A program made the position numbers and the translations under genes. From Octopus sinensis (Eukaryota): a stretch of 64,000 bases of DNA. Position 1 is the stretch's first letter, and the number at the start of each line of letters is the position of its first letter. Location of the stretch: positions 92,442,001-92,506,000 of the forward strand of contig NC_042999.1 of assembly GCF_006345805.1 (NCBI RefSeq). Reading direction: 5' to 3'. The notes under the pieces were generated by a model. The model was not told the origin of the DNA, made no database searches, and saw only the letters and a program-made list of their open reading frames with translations. This document shows positions 1 through 13,108 of this stretch, one piece after another.

Positions 1-149
1 GAGATGTATACATTAACAGAACGTGAAGAATTTTGAGTATTTTTGTTTTAAGTGTATCACAAGTTATGTTAAATTAACTTAGACATTAAGATTGATGTAG
101 AAGGAGATATTAAATGTCATTTCTAACCAACATACATATGTAAAACGAA

Positions 150-780
150 AGCTGTTTTCATTAAATCGGAGCAGATTGGAGAGACGTCATTAAAAGAAAA
201 AAACCATTGAAACTTGTTTCTTACTGTATATTTCCGACATCCAAAATATTTCTTGTGATGTATGATGGCGCAGTTTATTTTGACGACCTACTCGACAAGT
301 TCTCTGAGCCTCTCCCTTGAAAGAAGCTATGAAATCTAACTGTAATTATAGATGGCTTCTGTACCGTTAGGCGATGTGTTTGAGATGTAACAGCGATTTT
401 GCAAGTTGCAATTTGTGAGGAATTTATATCTCCTTCAAATCACAACTTCCTACCATAACAATAGAGTGCAGTTCTGCGTATATAAAAGTCGGTATAGTCA
501 CTGCTTGAACGCCTTTAATTATATAACCCCCACTCTTTAACGATATCAGAAAGTATTGTTCGGTAGCATCCGTAAACAGAATGCTAAAAAAACCTGTCAT
601 TACTGGATGTTTCAAGCGCCTTAGAGTTGTTCGAAGGAAACGTTTAAGCATTCCGTTTATCTAACCACTTCTTGCTTTAAGCAATACATTGATCATTATG
701 CACCACAAGCAGAATGTTTTGTACTCAACAATATTGCGTGAGTCAATTCCTAAAAGTGCTGTGACAATTAGTTAAAGGTT
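150..780 (-). mobile_element. Degraded non-LTR retrotransposon fragment, possibly RLE clade (R2/NeSL/R4-like)
   Basis: ORF 424-651 KRFLRTTLRRL...YFLISLKSGGYII resembles the thumb motif (RxWLRL...K.GGLGI); a downstream frame gives TCRVG...LRHHTSQEIFW, like a decayed CCHC knuckle. Heavily mutated. Confidence 0.4.
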
Positions 781-955
781 AAAATATTGCTAAATGCAAA
801 TAACCAAGATGTCATTCAACTATCTTCTTGCTAACAACATGGCTAGCAGTTAAAAATAAGGTAACCATTGTGATAACTTATTGATAAATACAGTTGTTTA
901 CGGCAGATGTAAAAAAAAAAATATTATTCGTATGAGACATAGATGTATGTTTGTT

Positions 956-1177
956 TTACATCTTCTTCCATCTTTTTGGCGCTGTCTTCGAATGAGTCCC
1001 TGTACTTGGAGCATCTGGTGGGTGATATGTAGTGCATATTACCATTTTGATCTGTTTAATGTGTACTACAAGAGTGTCGTAAGCAGTTTGATTGTGACAG
1101 CAGTTCGAAACAGGTTTTGGTATGTGTATCTCAGCATCTTCCACTTCACTGGTCAGATGTGTTTCTGTTAGTGCCAC
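956..1177 (-). mobile_element. LINE apurinic-type endonuclease (APE) N-terminal fragment, CR1/L2-like
   Basis: ALTETHLTSEVEDAEIHIP...VVHIKQIKMVICTTYHPPDAP carries the TETHL and YxPP motifs of LINE APE domains; the middle is deleted. Confidence 0.75.
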
Positions 1178-1569
1178 GCATGTTGCTCGATTACATGAAA
1201 CTAAGTCTCTCAGGTATGGAGTTTTTCACTGATATACAGTAGGAATACTGGTATAGCATATAGTGTTAGTAGAGGCAACAGGTCTATAATATGTATGTAT
1301 GCATTTATGTATGTATGTATGCATAAATAATATGTATATGTCGATATATGTATGTGTGTGCATGTATACATTTGTATGAGAGTGTGTATGTATGGGTATG
1401 TGTGTGCATATACATCGCTTACGCAAAGTAAAAGACAACTGACTCCTGGCAAGAAGTTTCTCTTCCTTGGTATAAAAAAAGATGCTTGATGTCCTGACAA
1501 CCACCCCCTGATACACTCTCACGCACAAATATATTGAAAGCATGTATGTAAAGTTATAAACCTAACTTG

Positions 1570-1732
<163 letters not shown>

Positions 1733-2303
1733 CATATACATATGCACCCGTATACACCTACATATACACACATTAATAAATACATGTATGTAGGCATATG
1801 TATTCAAAAATATAAACAAACATATACATAATACATATATACATGTATATGTGTGTGTGTGTGTTTGTGTGTATGTGTATATCTGTGTATGTACACACAT
1901 ATATATTGAGAGAGGGAGAGAGATTAGAGATGAGATAGTTGAGCTAGACAGTTGTGTTTATACATCTAACTTCAATTGACTCGACTGGAAGTAGCGATAC
2001 CATGCGTACGATATACCTCTTGTGATTGGCAAGTGAAAGGAAGCTGTCAATTTACCTTAGTAGCAATACACTTGAAAAAATGGAGAGCGAACCACAGAGA
2101 AACCGGAATGATAAATATATACATACATACAATCGTGTGCGCGCTCACACACCCAATGCTTACATACATAAATGCATACACACACACACATATATATGTG
2201 TGTGTGTATATGTGTGTGTATGCCTGGATGGATGTACGTATGTATATATATATATATATATATACATCCATACATGCATATTTATACATGTGTGTGTATA
2301 TGA

Positions 2304-2388
<85 letters not shown>

Positions 2389-2469
2389 ATGTGTTTGTGT
2401 ATATATATATATATAATATATATATATATACATCCATACATGCATATTTATACATGTGTGTGTATATGA

Positions 2470-2551
<82 letters not shown>

Positions 2552-2558
2552 ATGTGTT

Positions 2559-2594
<36 letters not shown>

Positions 2595-3194
2595 CATATA
2601 TATTTGTATATATATATATACATATATATACATACATATATATATATTTGTATATATATATATATATATATATACATATGTCTATATACTCGTATATATA
2701 CAAATATATATATCCTTTTAATTTATTATATGACGGAACGCACGCATCCATTTCTAAGTAAGATTGTTCTTGATATTTATAATGATGCACACTCTTGACC
2801 TTTCTGTCCCCTCCCTTTCTCAGCCTTCATTTTTTCTGGCTTCCTTTTCTTCTACCTTACTGTCTCCCTCCCTCTCTCTCTCTCATTCTTTCTGGTTTCC
2901 TCACAGCCATTCCCTTTTTTCTCTCCCTTTCTCTTGCTCCTCTTCCACCCTCCCGTCGTTGACCCGCGACGAGAGCTCTGCTACTGCCTTTCTGGCCTGA
3001 CGTCCTTGAAGTGTAGACGGCATTTTCTGTTGCTCCTTCGCCGTTCTCAAAAATAGCGTTCGTAACACTATCTCGTTCGGCTTAACAGCCCTTCTTGTCT
3101 TGTTATTCTCCTTGTCCTGTCTTTCACTGTTTATATTTTGTACTGTCGTTACTGTCCTGATTTTGTTACCATTTTTACCCCTCCGCAAAAAGAT

Positions 3195-3529
3195 CTCAAA
3201 TTTTATTTAATTTGCTTTTCGCGGGAAGGAAAGTTTCTATCGAAGATGCGTATCGCCTTCACCTTCGAAACGCAGAGTAGATGAAACCATGGCGACTGAA
3301 GAAGAGGAATTTTCCTAGTGTTATTTGTCCTGTACTCTATTTTTTCGTTGTTTAAGACAAATGTCCACCTCCTTGGTTTTGTGTTTATGTTTTCGTTTCT
3401 CATTATGTTCGACGTTTTTTGTGGTGCCCTGTACCCATATATGCATGTGTATATATATGTAGAGGTATATACGTACATATATGTATGTATATATGCATAT
3501 GTGTTATTTATTAATTTATTATATATATA

Positions 3530-3530
<1 letters not shown>
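3195..3530 (+). mobile_element. Non-autonomous interspersed repeat, probably PLE-terminus derived (copy 1)
   Basis: Colinear with 23420-23745 (ccttcgaaac...ctga(a/t)gaag...ttttcc...ccctgtac); the 3' tail also occurs at 32200-32310. Confidence 0.55.
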
Positions 3531-3583
<53 letters not shown>

Positions 3584-3749
3584 GTAAGCGTCGAATGATG
3601 AAAATGTGTGCTCAACACCGCATTGGTGGATAGAATTTCTTTATTTGTGAATTAACGCTACCATTGGTTTCATGTTAAAAAACAGCAAAATATCAGCGAA
3701 GCGACTGTGAAGAAACGTTACTCCACGGGTTACGTAGCTCTGAAGTATG

Positions 3750-3900
3750 AGAGTCTCTCCAGGTCGAGAGATGACAGTTGCAGTACAGCGGACATGTGAT
3801 TAGAGTACCACAGGAAAGAATTGCAAGACGGATTCTTCAAGCGGAGCCAACCGGTAGGATAACTAGTGGTAAACTAAGAACGCGATCTATAGATATCCTC
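3750..3900 (+). mobile_element. RTE-clade LINE C-terminal fragment
   Basis: VER*QLQYSGHVIRVPQERIARRILQAEPTGRITSGKLRTRSIDI matches the RTE end pattern RxQLRWxGHVxRMPxxR...RPxGRPRTRW. Confidence 0.65.
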
Positions 3901-4194
3901 AAGTTGCTCACACTAGGAAATCCAGCCGAAAAGTCTAATGATGATTATTTCTGACAGGACGCAATGAAAGAGGTACCACGAATTTCTTAGGAGCATTGGC
4001 CGGAGAAGATGGTTGGATGAATGAAATATAACACATTTGCTAATAAGAAAATATCGTTAGGCAAATTATTAATTAAAAAGAACACAGTGGAGACAATTCT
4101 GAAATTTTAATTAATTCATAATGCAATATGAGCAATACAATGGAGAGAAGACACGCACCCTAACAGTGCAGCGGCGACAGCAGAATTAATTAAG

Positions 4195-4446
<252 letters not shown>

Positions 4447-5139
4447 ACATACATACATACATACATAATACATACATACATACATACATACATACATACA
4501 TACATACATACATACATACATACATACATACATACACACACATAAATATATACACGTATATGAATATATACAATCACAAAGACATTCACGCTCGCACGCG
4601 GAAATGTATGACTGCAATGCAAAATGTATTTTATTGTGCATTTTAATATGACAGTTTTATTTCAAGGGTATCTGCCTGTTATTTCCAGCAGGTCCTAGAA
4701 GGTTCCTTTTTGGCATGGAACGTGATAATTCATTGAACGGCGAGTGTGTCGAGTATGTAATTGTTTGAACTGTTGTATTATTGGATTCCAATTTCTGTTG
4801 AATACCTGTTGGGCATTTGAATTCATTCAATCCCATTTTAAATACAATCCTTGAGAATCAATAAACTGGATGGTCACAGTTGAAACGATTTTGATTATAG
4901 GTTTTTGTGTATCGAGCTGACCTGGTGTTAAGTAGCAGCAGCCGTAATGACAATGGCAACAGCAGAAACATGAACTTGAGACGAAATTCCAGTTTGTTAC
5001 ATTTCTGGTGAGGGAAGGATTGAAGAGTGTGTAGTGCAAGTAAAAATGTACATTGTGGAGTTTAAAGTTGAACGCAAAGGAATGTCAGGTGTATGTTTCG
5101 CATAAATAGTGGAAGGGGTAGTTCAATATTTCTTAATCA

Positions 5140-5290
5140 GTGAGGTCGACTTTGCTTTTCATTCTTTCGGGGTCGATTAAATACATACCAGTTACGCACT
5201 GGGGTCGATGAAATTGACCTACTCGCTTTGTCTGTCCTTGTTTGTTTTCTCTATGTTTAGCCTCTTGTGGGCAATAAAGAAGTAAATAAT
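5140..5290 (+). mobile_element. SINE fragment (family C, as at 54730)
   Basis: gtcgactttgcttttcattctttcggggtcgat...accagtt...ctggggtcgatg is shared with other copies in the window. Confidence 0.7.
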
Positions 5291-5558
5291 TCTTAATCAG
5301 AGTAGTATTCTCCTTTGTGTTCTCGTAGAGCCAGGTGAGAGGTTAAGGCTGGCCAGAAAGAACTATCATCAAATTCGTTCTATCTCTGTAATCATTCTGT
5401 TTAGTTCGGAGGATACTTAAGTCTAAATAATCTAAGTGCTATCCAGTTTTACGATGCGATTTGACAGGAATCTGACATCCGTTTCTAGCAGGTCGAACGA
5501 CTAGGTAGAGAGTCATACATACGTACGTACATATATACATACATACATATATACATAC

Positions 5559-5589
<31 letters not shown>

Positions 5590-6232
5590 CATACATACAT
5601 ACATACATACATACATACATAATAAAGGTAAGCGAGATAAACACGAAAGAACCAATCTATAGCTGCAGTGTGCTACATAACAAAAAGAAAGCTCTCCCCG
5701 ACTCCAAACAAATAAGGAAATAAGATATACAAAGCAAAACCTAAAATAAAAAAATAAATAAAATAAAAATCAGATGTAAACTTGTTTTGTTTAAAATGTA
5801 TTTTACATACAATAACTTTAAACTGTAAAATAAATTTCAGCCATGCGCATCAACAACTATTTACGATATCCGGTTATTATCCTATACGCGATGAAACCTT
5901 ATTTTCAGTATGCTTTATTGCTCGACATCGATTCAGTGTGACGTTCGTTATAAATCGTTTATAGTTAAAAGTGTTTGTATATGCTATCAATAATATTGGA
6001 AATCGATATATCTATACTAGGGAGGCGTTACATAAGTATACGTTATGAGGTGAAAACTAAAAGTGAAGAAACGATACAAACAACCCCGTTAAAGTGTAAC
6101 ATGTATACTGACAATTCAATACACACGCTTGTATACACTCAGTCTTGCACACACACATATGTATATATATATATATATGTAATATGTATGCATGTATATG
6201 TATGCATGAATGTAAGTATGTATGTATATATG

Positions 6233-6264
<32 letters not shown>

Positions 6265-6290
6265 CATACATATATACATATATAAATATG

Positions 6291-6359
<69 letters not shown>

Positions 6360-6364
6360 GTACG

Positions 6365-6400
<36 letters not shown>

Positions 6401-6401
6401 C

Positions 6402-6453
<52 letters not shown>

Positions 6454-6600
6454 ATATATATATATATATGTATGTGTGGCTGAGTGTTAACTGTTAATGT
6501 CGAGAGAAGCACAAATCTAATGAGAAATCAACATGTAGTGAAGAAAAGATATTAGCTCAATGACCAATACTTTCCTTATTTGTACAAGTATGGGAAGCAA

Positions 6601-6645
6601 TTCCAGAGATGGTTTCGGTTTTATCAAACCTCTTCAGCGATGTAT
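6601..6645 (-). ncRNA. Degenerate hammerhead-like motif
   Basis: Minus strand CTGAAGA-ggttt(gata)aaacc-GAAAC-ca(tctc)tgg; U16.1 position is A and there is no clear stem I. Confidence 0.4.
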
Positions 6646-7179
6646 AAATGTCACTGTACATACGGGAACTATTGTTGAGAAGATCATAATATTGATGGAT
6701 AATACATGCAAGCAGGCCTGAATAGCTAACATCGCTTGAAAACAGAAATGAATCAACTCTTAGGTTAATTACAAAAGTTTTTCTCTCAACACGTCGAAAT
6801 GGCGGATGAAGTGCATGTTTCGCTGTTGAGGTATAAAATGAAAACACACTCGTTGTTATCTCCTGTACTTGTTGAAATGATTAAAATAATTAAGCATTTT
6901 TCTCATTAAGTTTGTAATCAAGTCTATAATGGTAAATAATTTATGTCTTACTATTCGCGGACTAGTAACACAAGATAAGTAAACCCCAGAGGGAGAGATT
7001 GAGACTACTTGGGTATACTAAACAAGTTATAAAGACCTGCCTAGACCAAGTCTCTAAAGTATGAAATTTTTAATAGCACATGACTATATACTGTATCCAT
7101 CCATCCATCCATCCATCCATCCATCCAACCATCCATCCATCCATCCATCCATCCAACCATCCATCTATCCATCCATCTA

Positions 7180-7752
7180 CGCTGGCGAAAATAAATTTAT
7201 GACTGATGATAAAAGTTCTATTTCTTACAAAATATTTTGTTACTAACACCATACAAATTATTTTTATCTTTTACGCCTGAATCTGATCGAGAACTTGTGG
7301 AATTATGTTTCCAAAAAAGTCCATGCTAAATAAACATCTAATCTAAAATATCAATGGAATATGGCAAAACATTCCCATAGAATTTTGTAATCACTTAGCG
7401 AATTCAATGCCGAGGCGTTGTTCAGCCGTTATCAAGAATAAAGGCTACGGCACAAAGTACTAATATGTATTTCGTTCTTGTTGCTCATTTTTGCTACAAT
7501 CTTAAGCTTTAAATAAAATTGTAATGATACGGTCTTAAACTAATTTTGCCGTAAATTTGAAATGTTTATGTTAATCTAGCATTAGAATTCTTCAAGTTGT
7601 ATAAAAATAGCTGTTGTCTACATCATTCGAAGGAGAAATATATTCTGCATAAGGTGTAAAAGATAAAAAAAAAAATTGTATGGTGTTAGTAACAAAATAT
7701 TTTGTAAGAAATAGAACTTTTATCATCGGTCTTAAATTTATTTTCGCCAGTG
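7180..7752 (+). mobile_element. Internally deleted Tc1-like DNA transposon with ~100 bp TIRs
   Basis: TIRs 7180-7277 / 7653-7752 with TA on both flanks; interior encodes LNLIENLWNYV and WQNIPIEFCNHLANSMPRRCSAVIKNKGYGTKY (Tc1 C-terminus). Confidence 0.9.
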
Positions 7753-7790
<38 letters not shown>

Positions 7791-8581
7791 ATATACACAC
7801 ATACATATAAGAAAAGAGATATATACATATTTACAGATATTTTGTTGGACGGCCGTTGATTGCTCATGAGTTCGTCCGCCCTTTGACGGGTCTTACTTTT
7901 CAACCCGCAGGGTGTCAAACAAACAGTCTCCTTACCAAGCAAGCCTGGTGGGGTTGCCAGTTTAGTCGCCGACGATCCGATCATGCAATAGGTTGTACTG
8001 GGTTACATGTTACCTGTAGTACTCAAGAACCACATGGCATACATTTTTTTACTTTTATATATATATTATTTATATTTAAATCTTACTTTATTTATATTTT
8101 TGAACTGCATATCTTTTACTTTTTTTATATTTAATTCTTATTTATATTTGCAAATCATGCCGTACTTTTTGTGTAAGAATGAGCTAGTCTGCATTGGACA
8201 CCGGAGTCATATTCGGTCCTTTTATAGAGTGAGTGTCGGTTTGGTGTCTGGAATGGGATAGCTTACCTCATCGGCAGGTAGAAGCTCCTTAACCTTGGTT
8301 GGTAATCTACCTAGGAGAAGGAAACCTCCGAAATAAAACCTGAAGCCCTGGAAGTTCCCGGTTTTGTAAATTTTCATGTGTAAAGAGAAGCAGCAAATTA
8401 AAGAATATAGCTGCATTTATACAGAAAATCAATAATAGAAAATAACAGATGCAAAAAGAAACAAATACACAATACACAAATACAGCAAAAGAAGTATTAA
8501 GTATAACCTCTAACAGATATGGATTTGTAAACGCTCTCGCGAAGGTAGTATGGCGCATGGACACTCGCTCATACAAACATA

Positions 8582-8625
8582 CCGAGAAGGATCGATGCTA
8601 GATGGGTCGAAACAGTTGTAGTGAT
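8582..8625 (+). ncRNA. Degenerate type I hammerhead-like motif in a PLE-type terminus
   Basis: ccgagaag-gatc...ggtc-GAAAC-agtt-GTA: stem II (4 bp), near-palindromic stem III ACAGTTGT, GUA triplet; the CUGANGA box is damaged. Confidence 0.45.
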
Positions 8626-8739
8626 TAATACAATCTTCCATCTTCTGTCTCTTTTATTAACCAAATACATAACGAACAGTGTGAAAATGAAAGTGTTTAC
8701 GGGTAAACTACCAGGTATATATCATACGATTTCTTATCA

Positions 8740-8842
<103 letters not shown>

Positions 8843-9009
8843 CACAGACGACTCCAGGTCATCAGCGTCAGTCGGGCTCATCACAGACACACGTATAAAA
8901 GAAGGTAAGAGACGTAATGCACACTGCAGACTTATATGTGCACTGATAACTCAACAGTAAGCAAGGTTGCTGCTTCTAACGAAAGAATAACACAGAAATA
9001 TAGTTTTAA

Positions 9010-10330
9010 TATAAAAAATTGCTTCATTTATATATGAATTCCAGTCGTCTTGGTTTCATAGTGAACTCGCGTAATATCCTGTCATGCAGCTCCTTCTTGT
9101 TGTCCAAGTTGTTCAAAATACTTTTCTCGATGGAAATAGGATCCAGTGAAGACAGCCGTTCTCGAGACATTGTGTTCCTCAGATATGAGCGGATTCTGTC
9201 CAACGTTGAGAAACTTATCTCATTAGTGACCGATGTTAAGGGGATGGTCAGCACTAGCTTAATTAGTTTAATGGATTCCGGCATAGCAGAATTCAACTCC
9301 AGTTTATACAGTAATTCTAAAATGGAGTTGATTGACTTGCACTTTTTCAAATCATTGTCAATATACATGTATTTTAGCTCGTTCACTATGCTCTTATAGT
9401 GAAAATATACAGGGACACTTGTTTTCTAGAGAGTCCATATGTTGCATGGGAAATGAGTTAGCAAACTCTTCAAACTTATTAATGTCTAATAGTTTAAAAA
9501 TGCATACTTCTGAATGCCAGAAAATTTTTCTCGTAAGGACATTAGAATGTTATAAATTATTTCAAAATAGCTAGTTTTGTAATTCATTTGTGCACCTCCC
9601 ACACTTTTTCTAAGCGGATCGCTCAGAATGTTTTCATCATGTTCGTCCTTACGATAATCTTCAACACAATGAATAAAGTCATTTAGCTTACTCTGACCAT
9701 GTTTTATGCCAAGTAGCTTACACTGTGGCATATCAAAGACTTTTCCAGTCTGAGAAAGTATGTGATGAAAGCAATTGATGAAAAACATGAATATGAAATC
9801 ATTCAACTTTGTCAATAAATTGTCTGTTTGACAAAGTGTATCTTCATCCCTACAGCCTAGAATACTTGTGAAAGAATTTTTCAAGTTTCCATGCAATAGT
9901 TTTATGGATGACACAGTTCTTGATACATAGCACCATCTCGTTTCACACAGCGATGGAATACTGACATGAAACTGTTTGAAAACCCTTTCCTACTTGGCAC
10001 TGGAAGATGTAGATTTATTAAATGCGCATAAATGAGAAAAATCATCCACTCACCTTCTCGACACTTTTACTCAAGACTAAGTTAAGTTTATGCGCATAGC
10101 AGTGAATAAAGTACGCGTGTATTTTTATCCCTTAGCTTGCTCTGTGCTCCGTTTAGCGTTCCTGTCATTACAGCTGCTCCGTCGTAAATCTGGCTCACTA
10201 ATTTATCTGTAGCGACACTGAAAGTGTTCAACGCAGTTGCGATGACAGAAGCAAACACGATGTCGATTTCAGCAAAGCACTGCAATAGTTCACGGTAATT
10301 TCCTCTATTAACAATGAGATTTCACCATGT
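9010..10330 (-). mobile_element. Decayed hAT transposase (ZMYM1/DUF4371-type with hAT dimerisation domain)
   Basis: Frames give SQIYDGAAVMTGTLNGAQ and KLIKLVLTIPLTSVTNEISFSTLDRIRSYLRNTMSRERLSSL (Dimer_Tnp_hAT pattern); frameshifted, TIRs not identified. Confidence 0.85.
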
Positions 10331-10444
10331 CCAGGTAAAGGCAGCTCTTGTTTACACAGATATAACACTGTTATATATACACACACATATTTATACGCAG
10401 CCACAACCACATCCCCACACCCCCACACACATATATAAAATATC

Positions 10445-11130
10445 ATTATTATTATTAAATACATATACTTATGTATATCCTTTGTGTATTTACAAGTGAC
10501 TGTAATGGCGTAGCGGAGTATATAACTCTCATGTCACTGTCGTTAAAACACCTTAGAGTCATAGACAGGCGAGAAAACTGAATCTCAATCTCACTTGAGA
10601 GTGATGAAACATTGGTGTTTCATCATTTTTGTGATTTTTCAACATCACGCTCTCACCAAGGCTGAAAGCGCTTCACCCAGCCAGTTCAACGACTTATATG
10701 CCATTGACTTGTAAAATCATGAGCTGGTATGCTCAAAAATTGCATGCCTAAGAGAAAATTTACATATGAAGTAAAATCATCTCCAATATAACAAATATTG
10801 AATACATATATTAATGTATATGCTTTGTGTATTTTTCTGTGGCTGCAATTTCCGGGCATACCAGATCGTAATTTTACAAGCCATAAGTTTTTGGACTAGC
10901 TAGGTGACCCGCTTCAACCCAAGCTAGTGCGAGATGTTGAAAAGCCACAAAAGATGGCGAAACATTGGCGTCCATCACTCCGAAATAGAACTGAGGGTGA
11001 GTTATCTCGTTTGTCAGTGACACCGAGGTGTTTTAAAACTGGCGACATGAGAGTTATATACTCCACTACGCCATTGCAGCCACCTGAAAATAGAGAAAGC
11101 ATTTACATTAGTATATGCATTTAATAATGT
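10445..11130. repeat. Inverted repeat, arms ~10445-10680 and ~10902-11130, with a partial third copy near 10795-10850
   Basis: tgtaatggcgtagcggagtatataactctcatgtc (10501) is the near reverse complement of gacatgagagttatatactccactacgccattgca (~11044); arms align at roughly 70% by eye. Confidence 0.85.
10933..10976 (+). ncRNA. Candidate type I hammerhead ribozyme with U3:A8 core variant
   Basis: gatg-TTGAAAA-gcca(caaaaga)tggc-GAAAC(attggc)GTC-catc: stem I 4 bp, stem II 4 bp, stem III 2 bp, GUC site. Confidence 0.5.
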
Positions 11131-12667
11131 TTATTAGACTAGCGCTGATTTTACCTGATATGTAACCCCCCACACACACACATTTAGGTAATTTCATATG
11201 TTTCTGCATATAACATATCTATAACAGAAGTAAGTAAATAAGCACTAAGAAAAACACACACATATTTGCGCATGTACATATACGCATATATACGCACGTG
11301 TATTCAACCACGTGTATTACACGCATCTCAATAATACTAAAACTCTAGAGATGTCTGTGTGTACCCGAAATATCTCAGAAATAATATATTTTATCTTAAT
11401 TTGTTTTGCATACTTATTTTCATACTTACCTTCGGCCGCGCAGTACAAAATTTTGTGATATCTGAACCTCTATTTAAACGATTAAACACAATTTTTTTTT
11501 TATTTCTTGTGACGTCAATACACATACACACAGAGAATACACGCACATATAAAGAATGTCATGGCCTGTCAATCAGTACAACTACACGTCCGCTGTCTGT
11601 GACATACACACACACACAGGGACTTTGCGCTATCTAAGAAGGAAAAAATAACATCGAATTTTTGACGTACACAATATGCAAATCATTTGGAAATATTTTT
11701 AACAAAATGTGATTTTATCATCCGGAGTTCGTTAATTTACATAAATTTTTTTATTTAGTTACTTTTATTTTAAACTGAAAGAGAAGAGAAGTGGAAAATG
11801 TATGTACGTGTATATGAAATGAACGTGTGTGTGTGAAAGAGAGAGCGAGGGAGAGAGAGAGTGAGAGAGAGGAAGATAGATAGAGAGAGAGAGAAAAAGA
11901 GAGAGAAAGAGAGAGAGAGAAAAAGAGAGAGTGAATGAAGGGGTGTGTTGTCATGTATACGTACATACATCAATACATATGCGTACATCTTTTTGTATGT
12001 ACGTGTAAATGTGTCTGTGTGTGTGTGTGAGAGAGAGAGGGGGAAAGAAAGGAAGAGAGAGAGTGAGTGAATGTGTGTGTTCTCATTTATGTGTAAGTGG
12101 CATTCTCTCTCTCTCTCTCTCTCATACACACACAAACACGTCCATTTCATATACACTTTCATACATCTTTCACTTTAAAACAAAAAACAAAAAAATTAAC
12201 CGGTGATTTTCAGGATAAAGATGGTGTAAAAAAGCTTCTACTCATGTGAAATTCGCACACTAAACTTTTCAGAATTACCGATATGGCCAGAGGGAAAAGG
12301 TTTTCAATTTAGCTGTATTTAGCATAATTTCACTTACTTATGATTAGATTATATTCAATTTTCATTAGATTTAAGCTTATATATATTTTTTTGTAAATCC
12401 TATTCTGATATTAAATGAGTCAACTTCCGTTACGATTGTTTACATTCTGTAACTCTCTAAGAAAAAGAGAGAAAAAAAGACGTCGACTTTTTGATGTACA
12501 CACACACACACACACACTGACATAGGGAAATATCTCTTTTTGCGGACATTACTTATAGTTTCATTATTTCAGATTTCCTTCTATTTCATTCATTTGACGT
12601 TTGTAATCGCTTTGTTGTTATGATTTAATTTTCTTAATACATTACATAAAAAAATAAGCACTTATCA

Positions 12668-12915
12668 ATTATGCCAAAAGTGAGAGGGATCATCGTGGTT
12701 AAGAGATGATACCAAAAAGCGTTCGGGAGAAGCAAAGGCAAGAAGACAACAGGAAACAGCTGAGATGACGGCGGAACGACTATAGGATAACAGAGTCACG
12801 CAACAAAGAGGAAAATTGGAATGCACGTCTCCAGGGTGTGAGACAAAGAATAAATAGCAGATGACTTGGAGAAACGCCTGAGATTGTGGTTGCACGACTC
12901 TTAAACAAGAGGGTG
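12668..12915 (+). mobile_element. Helitron RepHel N-terminal repeat remnant
   Basis: MPKVRG..., ARRQQETAEMTAERL*DNRV and ENWNARLQGVRQR...GETPEIVVARL resemble the ETxEQRxARL repeats at Helitron N-termini. Confidence 0.5.
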
Positions 12916-13108
12916 AAGAAAGAAAGTTGATAAGTTTGGTTGGATATATATACATGCAGAAATATATATACCTGCATAAATACCACGAATTCCCATTCTA
13001 CAAACTGGCAAACAATTCTGTGAATACTTTACCGGGCACCGCTGGGTAGCAAGTCTAGTATATGTATATGCCCATATGTTTGTGAGTACCAGTATATTCA
13101 ATGCAATG

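Noticed and set aside
8255-8340. RTE-like 5' UTR motif (ctaggagaaggaaacctccg) with alternative pairings, possible HDV-like ribozyme
   Set aside because: The nested double pseudoknot could not be mapped; only two competing stems are visible.
10914-11102. ORF after an acceptor-like tttctctattttcag, possible host exon
   Set aside because: No recognisable protein, it lies in an inverted-repeat arm, and the other arm is not open in frame.
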